The notes under the pieces were generated by a model. The model searched no databases. It was given only the letters and a program-made list of their open reading frames with translations, and had not been told where the DNA came from. From contig JAUZTB010000070.1 of assembly GCA_034780895.1 (NCBI GenBank), positions 16,915,397-16,979,396 on the forward strand: a stretch of DNA of 64,000 nt. Reading direction: 5' to 3'. Source of the stretch: Rhynchobatus australiae (Eukaryota). Positions within the stretch are counted from its first letter, which is position 1, and each line of letters begins with the position of its first letter. The position numbers and the translations under genes are program-made. Shown here in pieces: positions 52,595 to 64,000 of this stretch.

Positions 52595-53722
52595 CTAGAA
52601 ATATAGAAAATAACTATCAGCCATTCAGTTCTTCAAGCCTAATTGACCATTTGATATGATCATAGCTCATTATCTATTTCAATACCATATTCTTGCTCTC
52701 TCCTCAGACTTCTTGATGTCTTTTGCATCTGGAAAATTATCCATCTTCTTAAATGTATTCAGTGACTTGGCCTCTTTGGCAGAGAATTTCACAAGTTCAC
52801 CACCCTCCGAATGAAAACATTTCTCCTCACCTCGGCCCTAAATCTCTTGCTCTGTAATCATAAGACCATGACATCTTGTTCTTGATATCTCAGACAGAAC
52901 AAATTCGCTCTTCAGACTCTCTAGTATGTCAGAATTTTGTATGTTTCAATTAGATTCCCACTCATTCTTCTAAACTTTAGTGAATGCAAACCTGGTTGAT
53001 CTAATTGCTCCTCCTTCAACAGTCCTGCCATCCCAGGATTCAGGTTGGTGAACCTGATTCATTGCGCTCTATGGCAATTATATCCATTTTCAAGTGAGGA
53101 GACTAAAACTGCACACATTACTCTGAGTGTGGTCTCACCAAGGCACTGCATAATTGCACAGAACATCCTTACTCCTATACTCAAATGCTCTTGCTATGAA
53201 GTCCAATATACCTATTTGTTCCTAATCTCTGCTTCCTGTCTGTCAACCAATTTTCAATACATTACCAGACTTCTTATATTGCACACCAAGCTTTTATATG
53301 GGACTTCATCAAAAGCTTTCTGAAAATCATGTTAACCCCATCTACTGATTTTCTTTTATCTATTTTATCAGTTACATTCGCAAAAGACTCCAGTAGTTTA
53401 TCAAAAGCAAACTACTTTTCAGAAATCCTCATTGACGTTGTCTAATCCCATAGATATTTTCCAAATATAGTTACCACATCATTTATAATAGCTTCCAGCA
53501 TTTTCCCATTAATGATGTTCGGCAAGCCAGTCTAGATTCCCGTTTTCTCTCTCCCTTTTTAAAACAGTAGGCTCCATTTTCCAACCTTCAATCTGGAGAT
53601 ATTATCTCATCATCTATTGAATTCTGGTAGATTCTAACCAATGTGCCTATCCTTTAGCACTCCGGGATAAAATTATCAATTGGGAATTAATTGGCTTTCA
53701 ATGCCATTAATTTCTCCAGCAC
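52595..53722 (-). mobile_element. CR1 LINE, 3' end plus internally deleted RT region
   Basis: Minus strand gives DFQKAFDEVP (~53300-53330) and LVRPH.E..VQF.SP remnants (~53095-53145). 3' UTR at 52595-52700. Confidence 0.8.
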
Positions 53723-56502
53723 CCTTGTATTGTGCTGTACTTTCTATGATTCTATCACTATTTTCTTTCTAAGACTAAGGTTACTTACATCAGTTTTGAC
53801 AGTGAAAATGTCACAATCTTACCTCTGATTAAAGAGAAAGTCTTCATTTGGCAACAAGATATCCCATATTTGGATACAATAATCCAAGGACAACTACCAG
53901 CTACAGAATTAGATAGGTATTTTCCCCCCCTGACTGTAAACAGCCATCTTAGTAACCCATATTTTGCATGAATCCTTTGCTTGAATTGAACACTATGCAC
54001 CTAAAGCATTTTATTCTATTCAGCCTTTTCATTTCAATTTCAATAAGAGATATAGGAGTGCAAATTCATTTGCTGTATATACTATGAAGCCATAATCTTA
54101 GAAGACTAAATAGATGTAAATAGATTACCAACTCAAACATTTAGTCCATATCATAAAGAACAAATTTCTATCTTGAACTATTTGCAGCCTGTGCAGTAAA
54201 ACTCACTCGAGGGGCTCTCCTTGCCTCCCATATTCATTCAATGGAATGTTTTTGAATGAAAATCCCACCTGTTCACGGTAAACTGTACACACCTACCCAC
54301 ACCCCCCACCACTACCTATCCCACCCCCCCATCCCAAATAAAAGCCCCCGATGCTAAGGCTGCTTCTTTTAAGGAGATGGAGCTGTCCAAGGGATTCCCA
54401 ATGCCTGTTAGCAGTCTAATGGGCATGGCAGCAAGCTTGCTGAATACTTAACTTTTGTTTTTTTTAAAACTTTCTCCGTGAACTTCCTAATTAAATTATC
54501 TGTAATCCTTGGTGTCACGCCTGCGGGAGTGGCTGGGTGCTGGGGGTTGTGCACAGCATGTTGAGAACCACTTTGTTAAATAATTATAGTTGTATCTCTA
54601 CAAAATAGGAACCCAAGTGAGAGCAAGAGGCAGTCTAACTCTGGAGCCAGGCCCCAATCCATTTCTGACATACTCACATAATAGCACGAGGCTTTTGATT
54701 TTCCAGTTGTGCACAGAAAACAATTCCAACAAGGTATTTCTAGGATTTGAAGTTCTCAGAGTCCACCTGGGCCTTCAGAAGAATTTCCTTACCACATTCC
54801 TTTCCTATCCAACCCTAAATAAAAGCATTGCTGAGAGTGTGGAACATCTGCCCACGTTCTTGAAATTTATCACAGATTAAACAGGACATTCATGCTAACT
54901 CTCAAGACAAAGAACTGCAGTGGAATCCTGCAGACTGGGGAATAGACAAAACTAACTACAGATCTAAAATCAAGAATTTTAGGAATTTCAGTGATTTTTT
55001 AAAAATTGCAGGTTTTTTTCCATGACTGATCTCCACCCAGAGTAGAACTAACAATATTCTGAAACTATTACTGTGGCATTATTAAAAGAATTCACTAGTT
55101 TAAAACTATCAATATCAAATAAAGCAACCCTGCTTTAATTGACAGCACATGGATAATCTGCCTTTAATTTCCTTTGTTGAGACAGCCTTCCCTGTCTCCA
55201 TGGGTCTTTGCATTATATGCTATTCAAGCTATATACGTGGCTTAAAAAAATCTAGCCCATCAGTTGAACACATTATTATATGGTTACATAAACCTCACAA
55301 ACTGAAAGACATGCAAGAAATCACGTGCACCATTGACTGAATAACAGTTTACAATTACAGCTAAATCCTCACAAACTAAACTGTTTCCAAATAGAGATGG
55401 GGGCTTTTTATCCACCTCCTCTTCCCCACCCATCCAAACACTGCAAGTGCCACATGATATGCAAGAAGCAGCCAGTCCCAGCTCTCCACCTCCACAAATA
55501 TTACATCAACAACATTTTTATAAAAAAAACTTGAGTGCCAGAATAGCAACAAAAATAGATCACTGCAGACTGATATTTGCAAGACATTCTAAAGGATCCT
55601 TTCCCAAAGGCTTTGCTCCCTGGAGATGGCACTTTTTATGGGCTCGAGAGCAGGCACATGTATGGAATACAATAAGTTTGTGAAATGTGTGTATTTTAAA
55701 AACTTCAGTTTATAAAGTGCCTAGGAAACTTAGTAACGACAGCCCAGCACTTTTAACATGGCTCGATATTGCACTTGAGCAATAGCTCACTGCTGCCTGT
55801 CCCAGTTGGCACAGGGGTCTCATGCTGCTGAGATCTGGACTCTGATCAAGCCATGAATCCAAAGCTGTGGTGCCACTTTTATGCAGCCATGAAATCAATT
55901 TCAAAACCAACAGCATTGTTACACACTTAATCAACAATGGTTCCTTAAAACTACTGTAGCACAGAGTCAGCTTGCTCAATTCATAGCACTTTCATCACAG
56001 TCAAACAGCCTGGGGACTTCCAAAGTACCAGTGCACAATGCTACCGCAGTCCTCAAGGTGAAGGTGTTCCTTTGGTGATCTTAGACAGAAAGTTCCAAAA
56101 CATGACCCATCCACAACAAAGAGAATAACAATCCATATCATAGTCAGGAATGGAGTGCAAATTGGAGGTAAACATGGGGATTGTGATATGCCCATGGACC
56201 TGTTGCATTTGAACCCCTTGGTTGTGGAGGTTAAGCATTTGAAGTTTAATGTAGCACATCTTGCAGATCATGCACAGAATACCCAGCTCTATCCATATTT
56301 TACCCACGTCTGACCTGTTCTGGCAACCACATTTACGCAGTTGATCCAGGAAAAACAGCAACTACATAGGATAGTACAGGATCCTGNNNNNNNNNNNNNN
56401 NNNNNNNNNNAACATAATGGACTATCTGTTGATATCTGTTGGTAAATAAAATATCATTCAGAAAAAGCCCTCAATAACCCCAAACTCTTCAGTCAATCCT
56501 AC

Positions 56503-57051
56503 CTCTTTGGCAATGTTCACTCGTCCAGCATCTGTGGTTAAACTGATCGTTGAAGACAGTCTGGGGACAGTTGGTCTTCCCTTTCAGTGTGCCTGGGCAC
56601 ACATTGCCACATTCTCTGTCATCTTTATTGGACTTGATGTAATTATCCTCCACTGAGTCGAGAATCTTTGACCAGTCGAGCGTAGACAGATAGCAAAGCT
56701 CTGGGTTCTTTTCAATTCGTACAGCACCCCGGGTGATGTTCACCAAGTTGTACAGGCCAATTTCTTTGAAGTGCAGCATCTCAAAGATGACCAGCGCATA
56801 GTTGAAGAAGAGACGTGTCCCTCGAATCACAGTCAAGTTTGGGAAGAGATCTTTCAAGCTTTCCAGGCCATAGACACGAAACAGAAGCAAGTAATCAGTT
56901 ATCATGGTGAGTTCTGGAAAGCTCAGACCACGGAAATCCTCAGATTTTGTACCAAACATCAGCAGGATCTGCAGACTTCCCTCGATAACAGTGCAGTTCC
57001 TTAGTCGTTCCAAGTGCGTGATGTTGTTTCGAATATCTATGCTTTGACAAA
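56503..57051 (-). CDS. insr: Insulin receptor exon 2 (L1 domain and start of cysteine-rich region), internal coding exon, phase 1-1, 549 bp
   Basis: Translation [92 protein letters not shown]...[36 protein letters not shown]-type motifs [24 protein letters not shown] and KGKTNCP distinguish it from IGF1R/INSRR. Acceptor is ...ttttttctatctttctcatag| (AG at 57053-57052) and donor is AGAG|gtagga (GT at 56502-56501). Boundaries match human INSR exon 2. Confidence 0.97.
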
Positions 57052-57409
57052 CTATGAGAAAGATAGAAAAAAGTTAATGTTTAGTGCATCACAAAATGAA
57101 TCTCAACAGAAGAAACACTGGTTCCACGTTAAATTTTTAACAACTCACATTAACTCTAAGGCTCCAATTCCACTGAGGGCTTTCAAGAAGTGTTCTTATA
57201 GAGACTTACTTAGGATTTGTGATTTAGAATTAAGGCAGCAAAGCATTGCCTCTACTAAAAGATGGCAAAATAGGTTTAATCCACCATTTGGCTTGCTCTT
57301 GCATTGCTAGCTAAAAGCTACCCATTTCAATTTCTGTATCCTGGTGTGCAATGCCAAAAGGGCTATTTCCATTAAAATTTTAAACCAATGAAAAATAAAA
57401 TCACTTTTA

Positions 57410-57870
57410 ACAACACCAACAACTTATGTATATATACAGTGTGCACAAATATAGAAAATGTGGAAACAGTAAAGCATTTCAGCATTACAAAATATTTGAC
57501 ATTGTGGCATGTGGATTTATTAAAACAGGTAACCAAAAGGATGGCCAAAACAAAGTTTTATTAACTGTTTTAATTCCAGGATTTGTAGCCTAAGATAACT
57601 CATCCAATGGAATAGTGAAAACTGACGATGCACAAAGAGCTCAGAGAGGTCTTGCTGTATTTATAGAGTTGAAGAGGGAACAGAGTGAGGGATGAGGGCA
57701 TGGAGGAATTTGAAAACTGGAACACGACCAGACTAGAAGTTTACACAGGCTAGTGAACATAAGTTTAATGGAAGAAAGGTACAAGTTAGGATACATTAAG
57801 CAGGAGTACAAGATTTAGAAGAATGGCCAGTACAGTATTTATCACAAATCAGTAAAAGGCTGTTATAGAA
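57410..57870 (-). mobile_element. L2 LINE 3' fragment, decayed
   Basis: Reversed tail aacaacaccaacaacttatgtatata, then ggtaaccaaaaggatggccaaa...aattccagga...gggcatggaggaatttgaaaac. Confidence 0.5.
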
Positions 57871-58754
57871 AGTACCTGAAAGGGACTATAAAAAATTCAA
57901 CAATGAACAGCAGGTTTTCTTTGTCATGCATTTAGTTTCTATTCTGCTGAATTAAAATGCTAATTATAAATACCCTATGCATTATCTGCATCAGGAAGAG
58001 GAGTTTGAAACTATTAAACTACCTAACACATCAATAAACTAACTTTCACCTCAATTTTCTGTAATTGTTTCCCTTAGGCTGCTCTTTGCTTCTATTGCTG
58101 TAACTCCCAGCATTTTGAAACAACTTGCATTCATACAACACTTATAACCACAATAAAACACCCAAGGAGCAATGTCAAATCATAGCACTACAATCATTCT
58201 TCACCACTACACAGAAAAGCACTGATAAATATTTTAAAACCAAAATTCAAAAGACTTTTGGAATCTGACATAAATATAGAAAATGTGGAAACATTTCTGA
58301 GGGAGGAAGCAACAGGAATGGAAAATGTCAGGTGGAAATTAGATTATATTTTTCAGAAGCTACATCAGCAAATTTAAAGTTTCCTGAACCATTTCTCCAA
58401 TGTACCACAGATTCTAACATGTCAAATTCAGAAAGTCCCTCAGCTTTCAAGATGAGTACTTGATTTTCACATAACACCTGCTGAACTTATTTCTGATAAA
58501 TCTCTAACAAAATTAGAGTAGAATAAAATAATTTCAGAGTAATGTTCCTGTAACCTACAAAATAACAGCTTCATATAAGCATTAATATAGGAGTGGGCAT
58601 TAAGCCCTTCACTGTGCTACACAGAAGAACTGACTTATGTGGAAATGAGAATAACAATGCCCATTTCATATGGGTTTTGATTTCAATTCTCTTACCACCA
58701 CAAGTTGTGGATAATGTGGTCTCTTCATTTCTGTCAATTTTGTACAAGAGCTTT

Positions 58755-59230
58755 AGAACTAGGTGTGGATTATTTGGCCCTTAAGCCTACTCTGCTGTAC
58801 ATCTGGATCTTAGCTGAAACCTTTCAAGCTCTTTTTTTAAATGAACTCAATGAATGAGCATCCACAGCCCTTCGGGATAGAGAATTCCAAAGAATCACCA
58901 CTCTCTGTGTCGAAGAGATTTTCCTTCATCTCAATTCTACATGGTTTACCTCTTACTTTGAGACCGTGACCTCTGAAACATCCTGCTTGTAATCAGCCTG
59001 TTGAGCCCTGAAAGAATTTTGTATTTCAATGAGATTTTGTCTCTTTCTTCTGAACCCAAGAGAACAGAGGCCTAGTTCACTCAATCCCTCATTATACAGA
59101 AAACCCACCATCTCTGGAACCAGTTTTGTGAATCCTCACTGCACCCCCTCCATAGCAAGTTTTTTCCATTTTGGATAAGGAGACCAAATCTGTACACGAT
59201 ACTCCAGGTGCAGTCCCAATATAATTGTAG
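58755..59230 (-). mobile_element. CR1 LINE 3' end
   Basis: ggagaccaaatctgtacacgatactccaggtg is the reverse of HLEYRVQIWSP. Also catccacagcccttcgggatagagaattccaaagaatcaccactctctg. Confidence 0.8.
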
Positions 59231-60279
59231 ACCCCAGGGCTCGGTTGAATAAAGCAAGTAACTCGGCAGTATCTTATTCAACCAATTCAATTAAACACAA
59301 AAAGTGATTAACTAGTCACATATCTCAAAGCCAGCTCTGGCAACTTGCTTTAAATGCAAAACTCATTACTGCATTTACCGACTGAACAAAGCTCTAAAGT
59401 TCAAAAGTAGTTCAAATATCATCCATTAAGTCAGTCAAAAACCAGGATAGATGATTAACATGCTTATGTCACAGATACGCTCAGGTCATCCAGACAGACA
59501 GATCTATGTGCGTCAAGCTNNNNNNNNNNNNNNNNNNNNNNNNNNNNNNNNNNNNNNNNNNNNNNNNNNNNNNNNNNNNNNNNNNNNNNNNNNNNNNNNN
59601 NNNNNNNNNNNNNNNNNNNCAAGCTAAGCTGCAGATGCCAATTGATAAGTGACCTCATCATCAGCCCACAGAGCCGTAACAGACTCAAACAAGTAAATTT
59701 ATATTGGCTACATTTTTAATTTGTTTACCTAAAGATGGATACGGTTGAGTAGATGCATATGTCTTTTATTCTAGCTTTCAAATCATTTGAGAGATAAATA
59801 CAAGAAAAGAAAGGCATTGATTTTAGAAGCAGGGAAGACTTTTAGTTGAGTGAATGCAGTGCCACGATTAAATTTATGGCTGAGTATGGCAGATTTTGAA
59901 ACCGCCAAATTTACTAAATACTTCCATCCCTGGCACCCGTTCTGTTTCTCAAAGTAGCCTGTTCTTGTTCCCACACAAAAGACCTAGAATCAAACTGTCC
60001 TTTCCACATACAAGATCACGTTGAGCTTATTTTTAATCTGGCAATTCAAATCCTTGCAATCCCAAACTCAGCTACAGAACTTCAAAACTCATATGAAAGA
60101 AAACCTAGTATACATAAAATACCTTTCTCAACTTCAATTCTTCCCAAAGTGCTTTATATCCAAAGAATTATTTTGTAAGTGCAGTCTTGATGTAATGCAA
60201 GAACCTCATGAGCCTGAAGACTGCAAGTTTCCACAAACAGCAGCTTTTCTTAAAAAAAATTGGGATGCTAAGTAACTGG

Positions 60280-60420
60280 ATAGTATTGGTCAAGTTAATG
60301 GAGCCAATACTCCTGCACTTTAAAATAATACCAAGAAATCTTACACATTCACCTGACAAAGCGGTCAAGGGCTTGGTTTAGCATTTCTGTTTACCATTCA
60401 AATCACTGCATTTCTGACAG
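60280..60420 (-). mobile_element. Deu-domain SINE fragment
   Basis: agtattggtcaag...ctcctgcactttaaaataataccaagaaatcttacacattcacctgac...gggcttggtttagcat. Confidence 0.45.
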
Positions 60421-61569
60421 GACTGGCAACCCCCATGTTACAGGTGGCTTATGTTCCTGGTAAACAGGGTTATCGTGATTTTCCGTAACACGAAGCCGCA
60501 TCAACCGCACATGCATTAAGAAGCACAAGATGAAAAAAATAAATTTTGAGCTGATTTATTTACAGAAACACAATAATATCAAGAATGGAAAATGTTCTGC
60601 TCATCAGCTCAAAGTTCAACACAGAAAAATAAATATTCAGAGTTTCTCAAAAAAACACAGGAAAAAAAAAGATACACTAATTAAGTCCTATATTTATTTT
60701 AGTTTCCAAGGCAAGAAATGCATTTAAGATTATTTGTCTTTGTAAAAAAAATTGCTGCGTAACCACTTGTTAGACTTTGGCTCAGTTGCTCTTCAGCCAA
60801 TTCAGTTTAGATAAAATCTCGCAGAATCTGCCAACATAAAGCTTTATCTTCAGTAGACACAGCAGTACTGACGAGGCAATTCAACTTTATTTTTACTTTC
60901 AGTACCATGGGAGCAGTGTCTGTGTCATTTGATCTCTTCAATAGGACAGATATTAATAACTGCTTGGATCAACCAGAGACTTTTTTCTCATCAATTTGTA
61001 TGACATAATATTTCCGATATCTAAAGGCAAAAGGAAACAGATATATGAAAATGAAGATTTGAAAACAAGAGCTGAGTGATTAAGGGTCTTTGTCACAGAT
61101 TGTTCTGCTGGTCAAGTTCAATTTATGTACATCACATGATATTTTCCACCAAACTGCTTTCTCGGGAATAAAATGCCACAACTGCTTTCAATATAAAATC
61201 TCAGTGTACGTGTAAAGAACACAACTGAAATTTTAACCTGGACAAAAAGATTATAAAACAAAATTACAAACTAGTTTAAAGTTATATGGCGCATCATCAC
61301 AATCCAAAACTCTCTGTATGTCAATGAATTATACTGTAAGTGCAGCAACTCTCATCTAAGTAAATATGTCAGCCAAGGCCTGAACCAAATGCACGCAGGA
61401 TGAATTACTGGTTAATCTGTTCAGCTAGAGGAAGAGCATGCTCACTTGAGCCACACAAACCAGTAAGGACAAGAGTTTCATTCTCAAGTTGACTGATTGG
61501 CAACAGGAAACCCTGGCTGTAATCAGTAAGCTTTGGTGAATAAGTGCACACACATACAAGATTCAAAAA

Positions 61570-61765
61570 CCACTGACATTTATATGGTGCTTTTAATGTA
61601 ATATAAAGGTCCCAAGGCACTTTATATGTGTTATCAAACAGAATATGGCACTATGCCACAAAGATACACTGGAGAAGATTTTAATGCACAGCCAAAGGAG
61701 GAAAGATGGGAAGGGAGAAGTTCAAAAGGAAATTCAAGAGGTTAGGGCTTAATAAATGAAGCTTC
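61570..61765 (-). mobile_element. L2 LINE 3' end
   Basis: actgacatttatatggtgcttttaatgtaatataaaggtcccaaggcacttta...gttatcaaacagaat...ggaaattcaagaggttagggc. Confidence 0.6.
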
Positions 61766-61782
61766 AGCTACACTTTTTCCAA

Positions 61783-61992
61783 TTTTATTGAAAAGTCATT
61801 GACCTGANNNNNNNNNNNNNNNNNNNNNNNNNNNNNNNNNNNNNNNNNNNNNNNNNNNNNNNNNNNNNNNNNNNNNNNNNNNNNNNNNNNNNNNNNNNNN
61901 NNNNNNNTGAAATGTTAACATTGTTTCTGTCTCCACAGATGTTGCCTGACCTGAGTTTTCCTGACATTTTCTGGCTTTGTTTCAGTTTTCCC
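61783..61992 (+). mobile_element. Decayed Penelope-like terminal repeat spanning a gap
   Basis: aaagtcattgacctga|aatgttaacattgtttctgtctccacagatgttgcctgacctgagttttcc. The CUGAUGA core is lost. Confidence 0.6.
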
Positions 61993-63749
61993 AATATCAG
62001 CCCTTGGGTTAAAATTAAGGATGCACAAAAAAAAACAGAATCGGAAGAGTGCAGGTCTTGCAGAAAGTTGGAGGCTTATACTCATTCACAGAGAGAGAGG
62101 GGAGAGGCCATAAAGGGAATTGAAAACGAAGTGCATTAAAAAAAAGGTATTTTTCAACCATGGTGATTACATCAGAATAAGACCTACTAGTGATGTCCCT
62201 CAGTAATAAAATCATTCTATAAGCTGGTGTACAGAAATTGAACACAGTACCAGATGATTGTAAAAAATCATAGCGATATACTGTATAAACATACTATTAG
62301 TTGTCATCCCTTTAAAATTTGCAGACCACAGAAAAAAAATTACACCCATGCAAGTATATTGGCTTAAATTGGAGAGTATCACAGAAATAATGTGCTTATA
62401 GGCATAAAAATGTACTAATTTTACCATTGAATTAGTAATCCAATGCATAAGTTTCTATCTTCTTAGGGCAGTTTGTGAATTTGAATTCAGTTTTTAAAAA
62501 ATCCCTGTCAGATTGATATTCAATGCCATCTGGTTAACAAATATTCCTTGAAGAAAGGGAACATGCTACCATTATTTACCTGAACTGGTTGACTCCACTT
62601 TCACATAAATGACTGACTCTTAACTGCCCTCCAAAATGACCCAACACTCCTCATTTCTATCAAACAAGTGATTCACCACAAACCTCACAAGGCAACAAGG
62701 GAAGGGCAATAAGTTCAACCAATTCCCAAAAAAATGAAAAATAGAATTCTAAATAGCTTTTTAGTGACAATGTAAATCAATGTTCAAAATAAAAAGCTGA
62801 AGTGTCTCTGGTCCTTTATCAACCAGCTGTACCAAGTGAAACACAATTAAAATGAACACATGATCAATTATTAATAAACACATTTGTTTGTTACAATGAA
62901 AGTCAAACAACTTTATTTGCATTTACTATACATCCTGGATTAATTTGCTATTTAGCTGTTTCAGCCCTGCAAAGTGCTGGCATACACTCTTATACCTAGT
63001 TACCATTGATGCACTTCCTTTTGGCACGGCCTCAGCAGATAACTAAGAAAAACAGAAAAGAACAGTGCTTGCAAAGAATGCACTTCCCACTTCCAAATAG
63101 GAAGTTTCTCCACATTTCTTATATTAGAAATGTAAATCATTGTTGAATTTCCTCATGTTCCCAACACTCTAGCAGGTAGTTCACTCTAAAGAGTACTTCA
63201 TTGGCGCCAGCATGTTGGGAAACTCAAGGTCATATAAAGCGCCATATAGATGCTAACTCGCCTTTCTTGTTCCACCATGTTGCAGGCTCGTGGTGAAAAA
63301 AGCAGCCCTTAGTGAATCCATGCATCCCATTTGCCACAGCAAAAGTATTGCATTTGATCTGAGCAAACCTGAGCTAAAGGATGAACAAAAAAAAAAGAAA
63401 TTATTATCCTATGACTTTAGACTGCAAGTTATGAATGAAAGGATGTCAAACAATGTTCAGATCTGGCTCTAGCTGCAAGTCTCCTCCCTGCCAAGCAGAC
63501 CATCAAGAATCACTGTCCAGTCTAACACATGGAAGGTTGCCATTTGGACAGAGCACAACTCCCAGATGACCAGAAACTTTATTACTGCAAATTAAAAAGG
63601 AAGGAAGATCATGCTTTGCACAACCCCAGGACACCTCAATACAACTTACAGCCTTTGAGGCACATTTTAAAGTGCAGAAAATTGCTGTAAATGTACAAAT
63701 CATGGCAAATACTGGGCAAGACAGCTGCAAGAACTCAATTGCTCTTCTT

Positions 63750-64000
63750 TGAACATAAGAACACAAGAAATAAGAGCAGGAGTAGGCCATCTGGCCCGTC
63801 GAGCCTGCTCAGTCATTCAATAAGATTATGGCTGATCTGGCTGTGGACTCAGATCTACATAGCTGAATTTTCCCCACAACCCTCAATTCCCCTATCATGC
63901 AGATATCTGTGCCTTAAATATATGTGATGAGGTAGCCTCTACTGTTTCCCTGGGCAGAGAATTAAACAGATTCACTACTCTCTGGGAAAAGCAGTTTCTC
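63750..64000 (-). mobile_element. CR1 LINE 3' end (continues beyond window)
   Basis: gaacataagaacacaagaaataagagcaggagtaggccatctggcccgtcgagcctgctc...cattcaataagattatggctgatctg. Confidence 0.85.

Larger units (their letters stand above)
1..56502 (-). other. insr: insr intron 2 (partial, >56.5 kb)
   Basis: Lies downstream of the exon 2 GT donor on the minus strand. I did not find the Cys-rich exon 3 translation in the window, although N gaps could hide sequence. Confidence 0.8.
57052..64000 (-). other. insr: insr intron 1 (3' part)
   Basis: Lies upstream of the exon 2 acceptor. No signal-peptide exon or CpG-island promoter is visible in these 7 kb. Confidence 0.8.

Noticed and set aside
56489-57013. 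ORF-track boundaries for the 174-aa ORF
   Set aside because: The TTG 'start' and the C-terminal RID-stop are artefacts of reading an internal exon. True limits are the splice sites at 57051 and 56503.
56771-57310. Plus-strand ORFs overlapping exon 2 as an antisense gene
   Set aside because: Short shadow ORFs of the coding exon with no independent support.
60423-60515. CpG cluster as a possible insr promoter or exon 1
   Set aside because: Under 100 bp, resembles a Tigger-like transposon end, and encodes no signal peptide.

Overview
Eukaryotic, AT-rich, repeat-dense vertebrate DNA from a gapped draft assembly. The repeat repertoire (CR1, L2, RTE, Rex1, V-SINE, Deu-domain SINE, Penelope-like) points to a cartilaginous fish, probably a batoid (inference). 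The only host coding sequence I can support is the 549-bp exon 2 of the insulin receptor gene (insr) on the minus strand (56503-57051). Everything below it is intron 2 (>56 kb, no exon 3 seen) and everything above it is intron 1. The other short ORFs in the track are spurious or decayed transposon fragments. The most notable non-coding structure is a TSD-flanked Penelope-like insertion (2508-3054) with ~170-bp inverted arms, each carrying a minimal hammerhead ribozyme motif. Also notable are a pre-miRNA-like hairpin in a repeat-poor block (~26900), a MITE carrying a 34-bp minisatellite, and the symmetric exon 2, which would give a stop-free ORF if circularised. I found no convincing wholly novel multi-gene system. 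Repeat family names come from recognising motifs by eye, and repeat boundaries are approximate.
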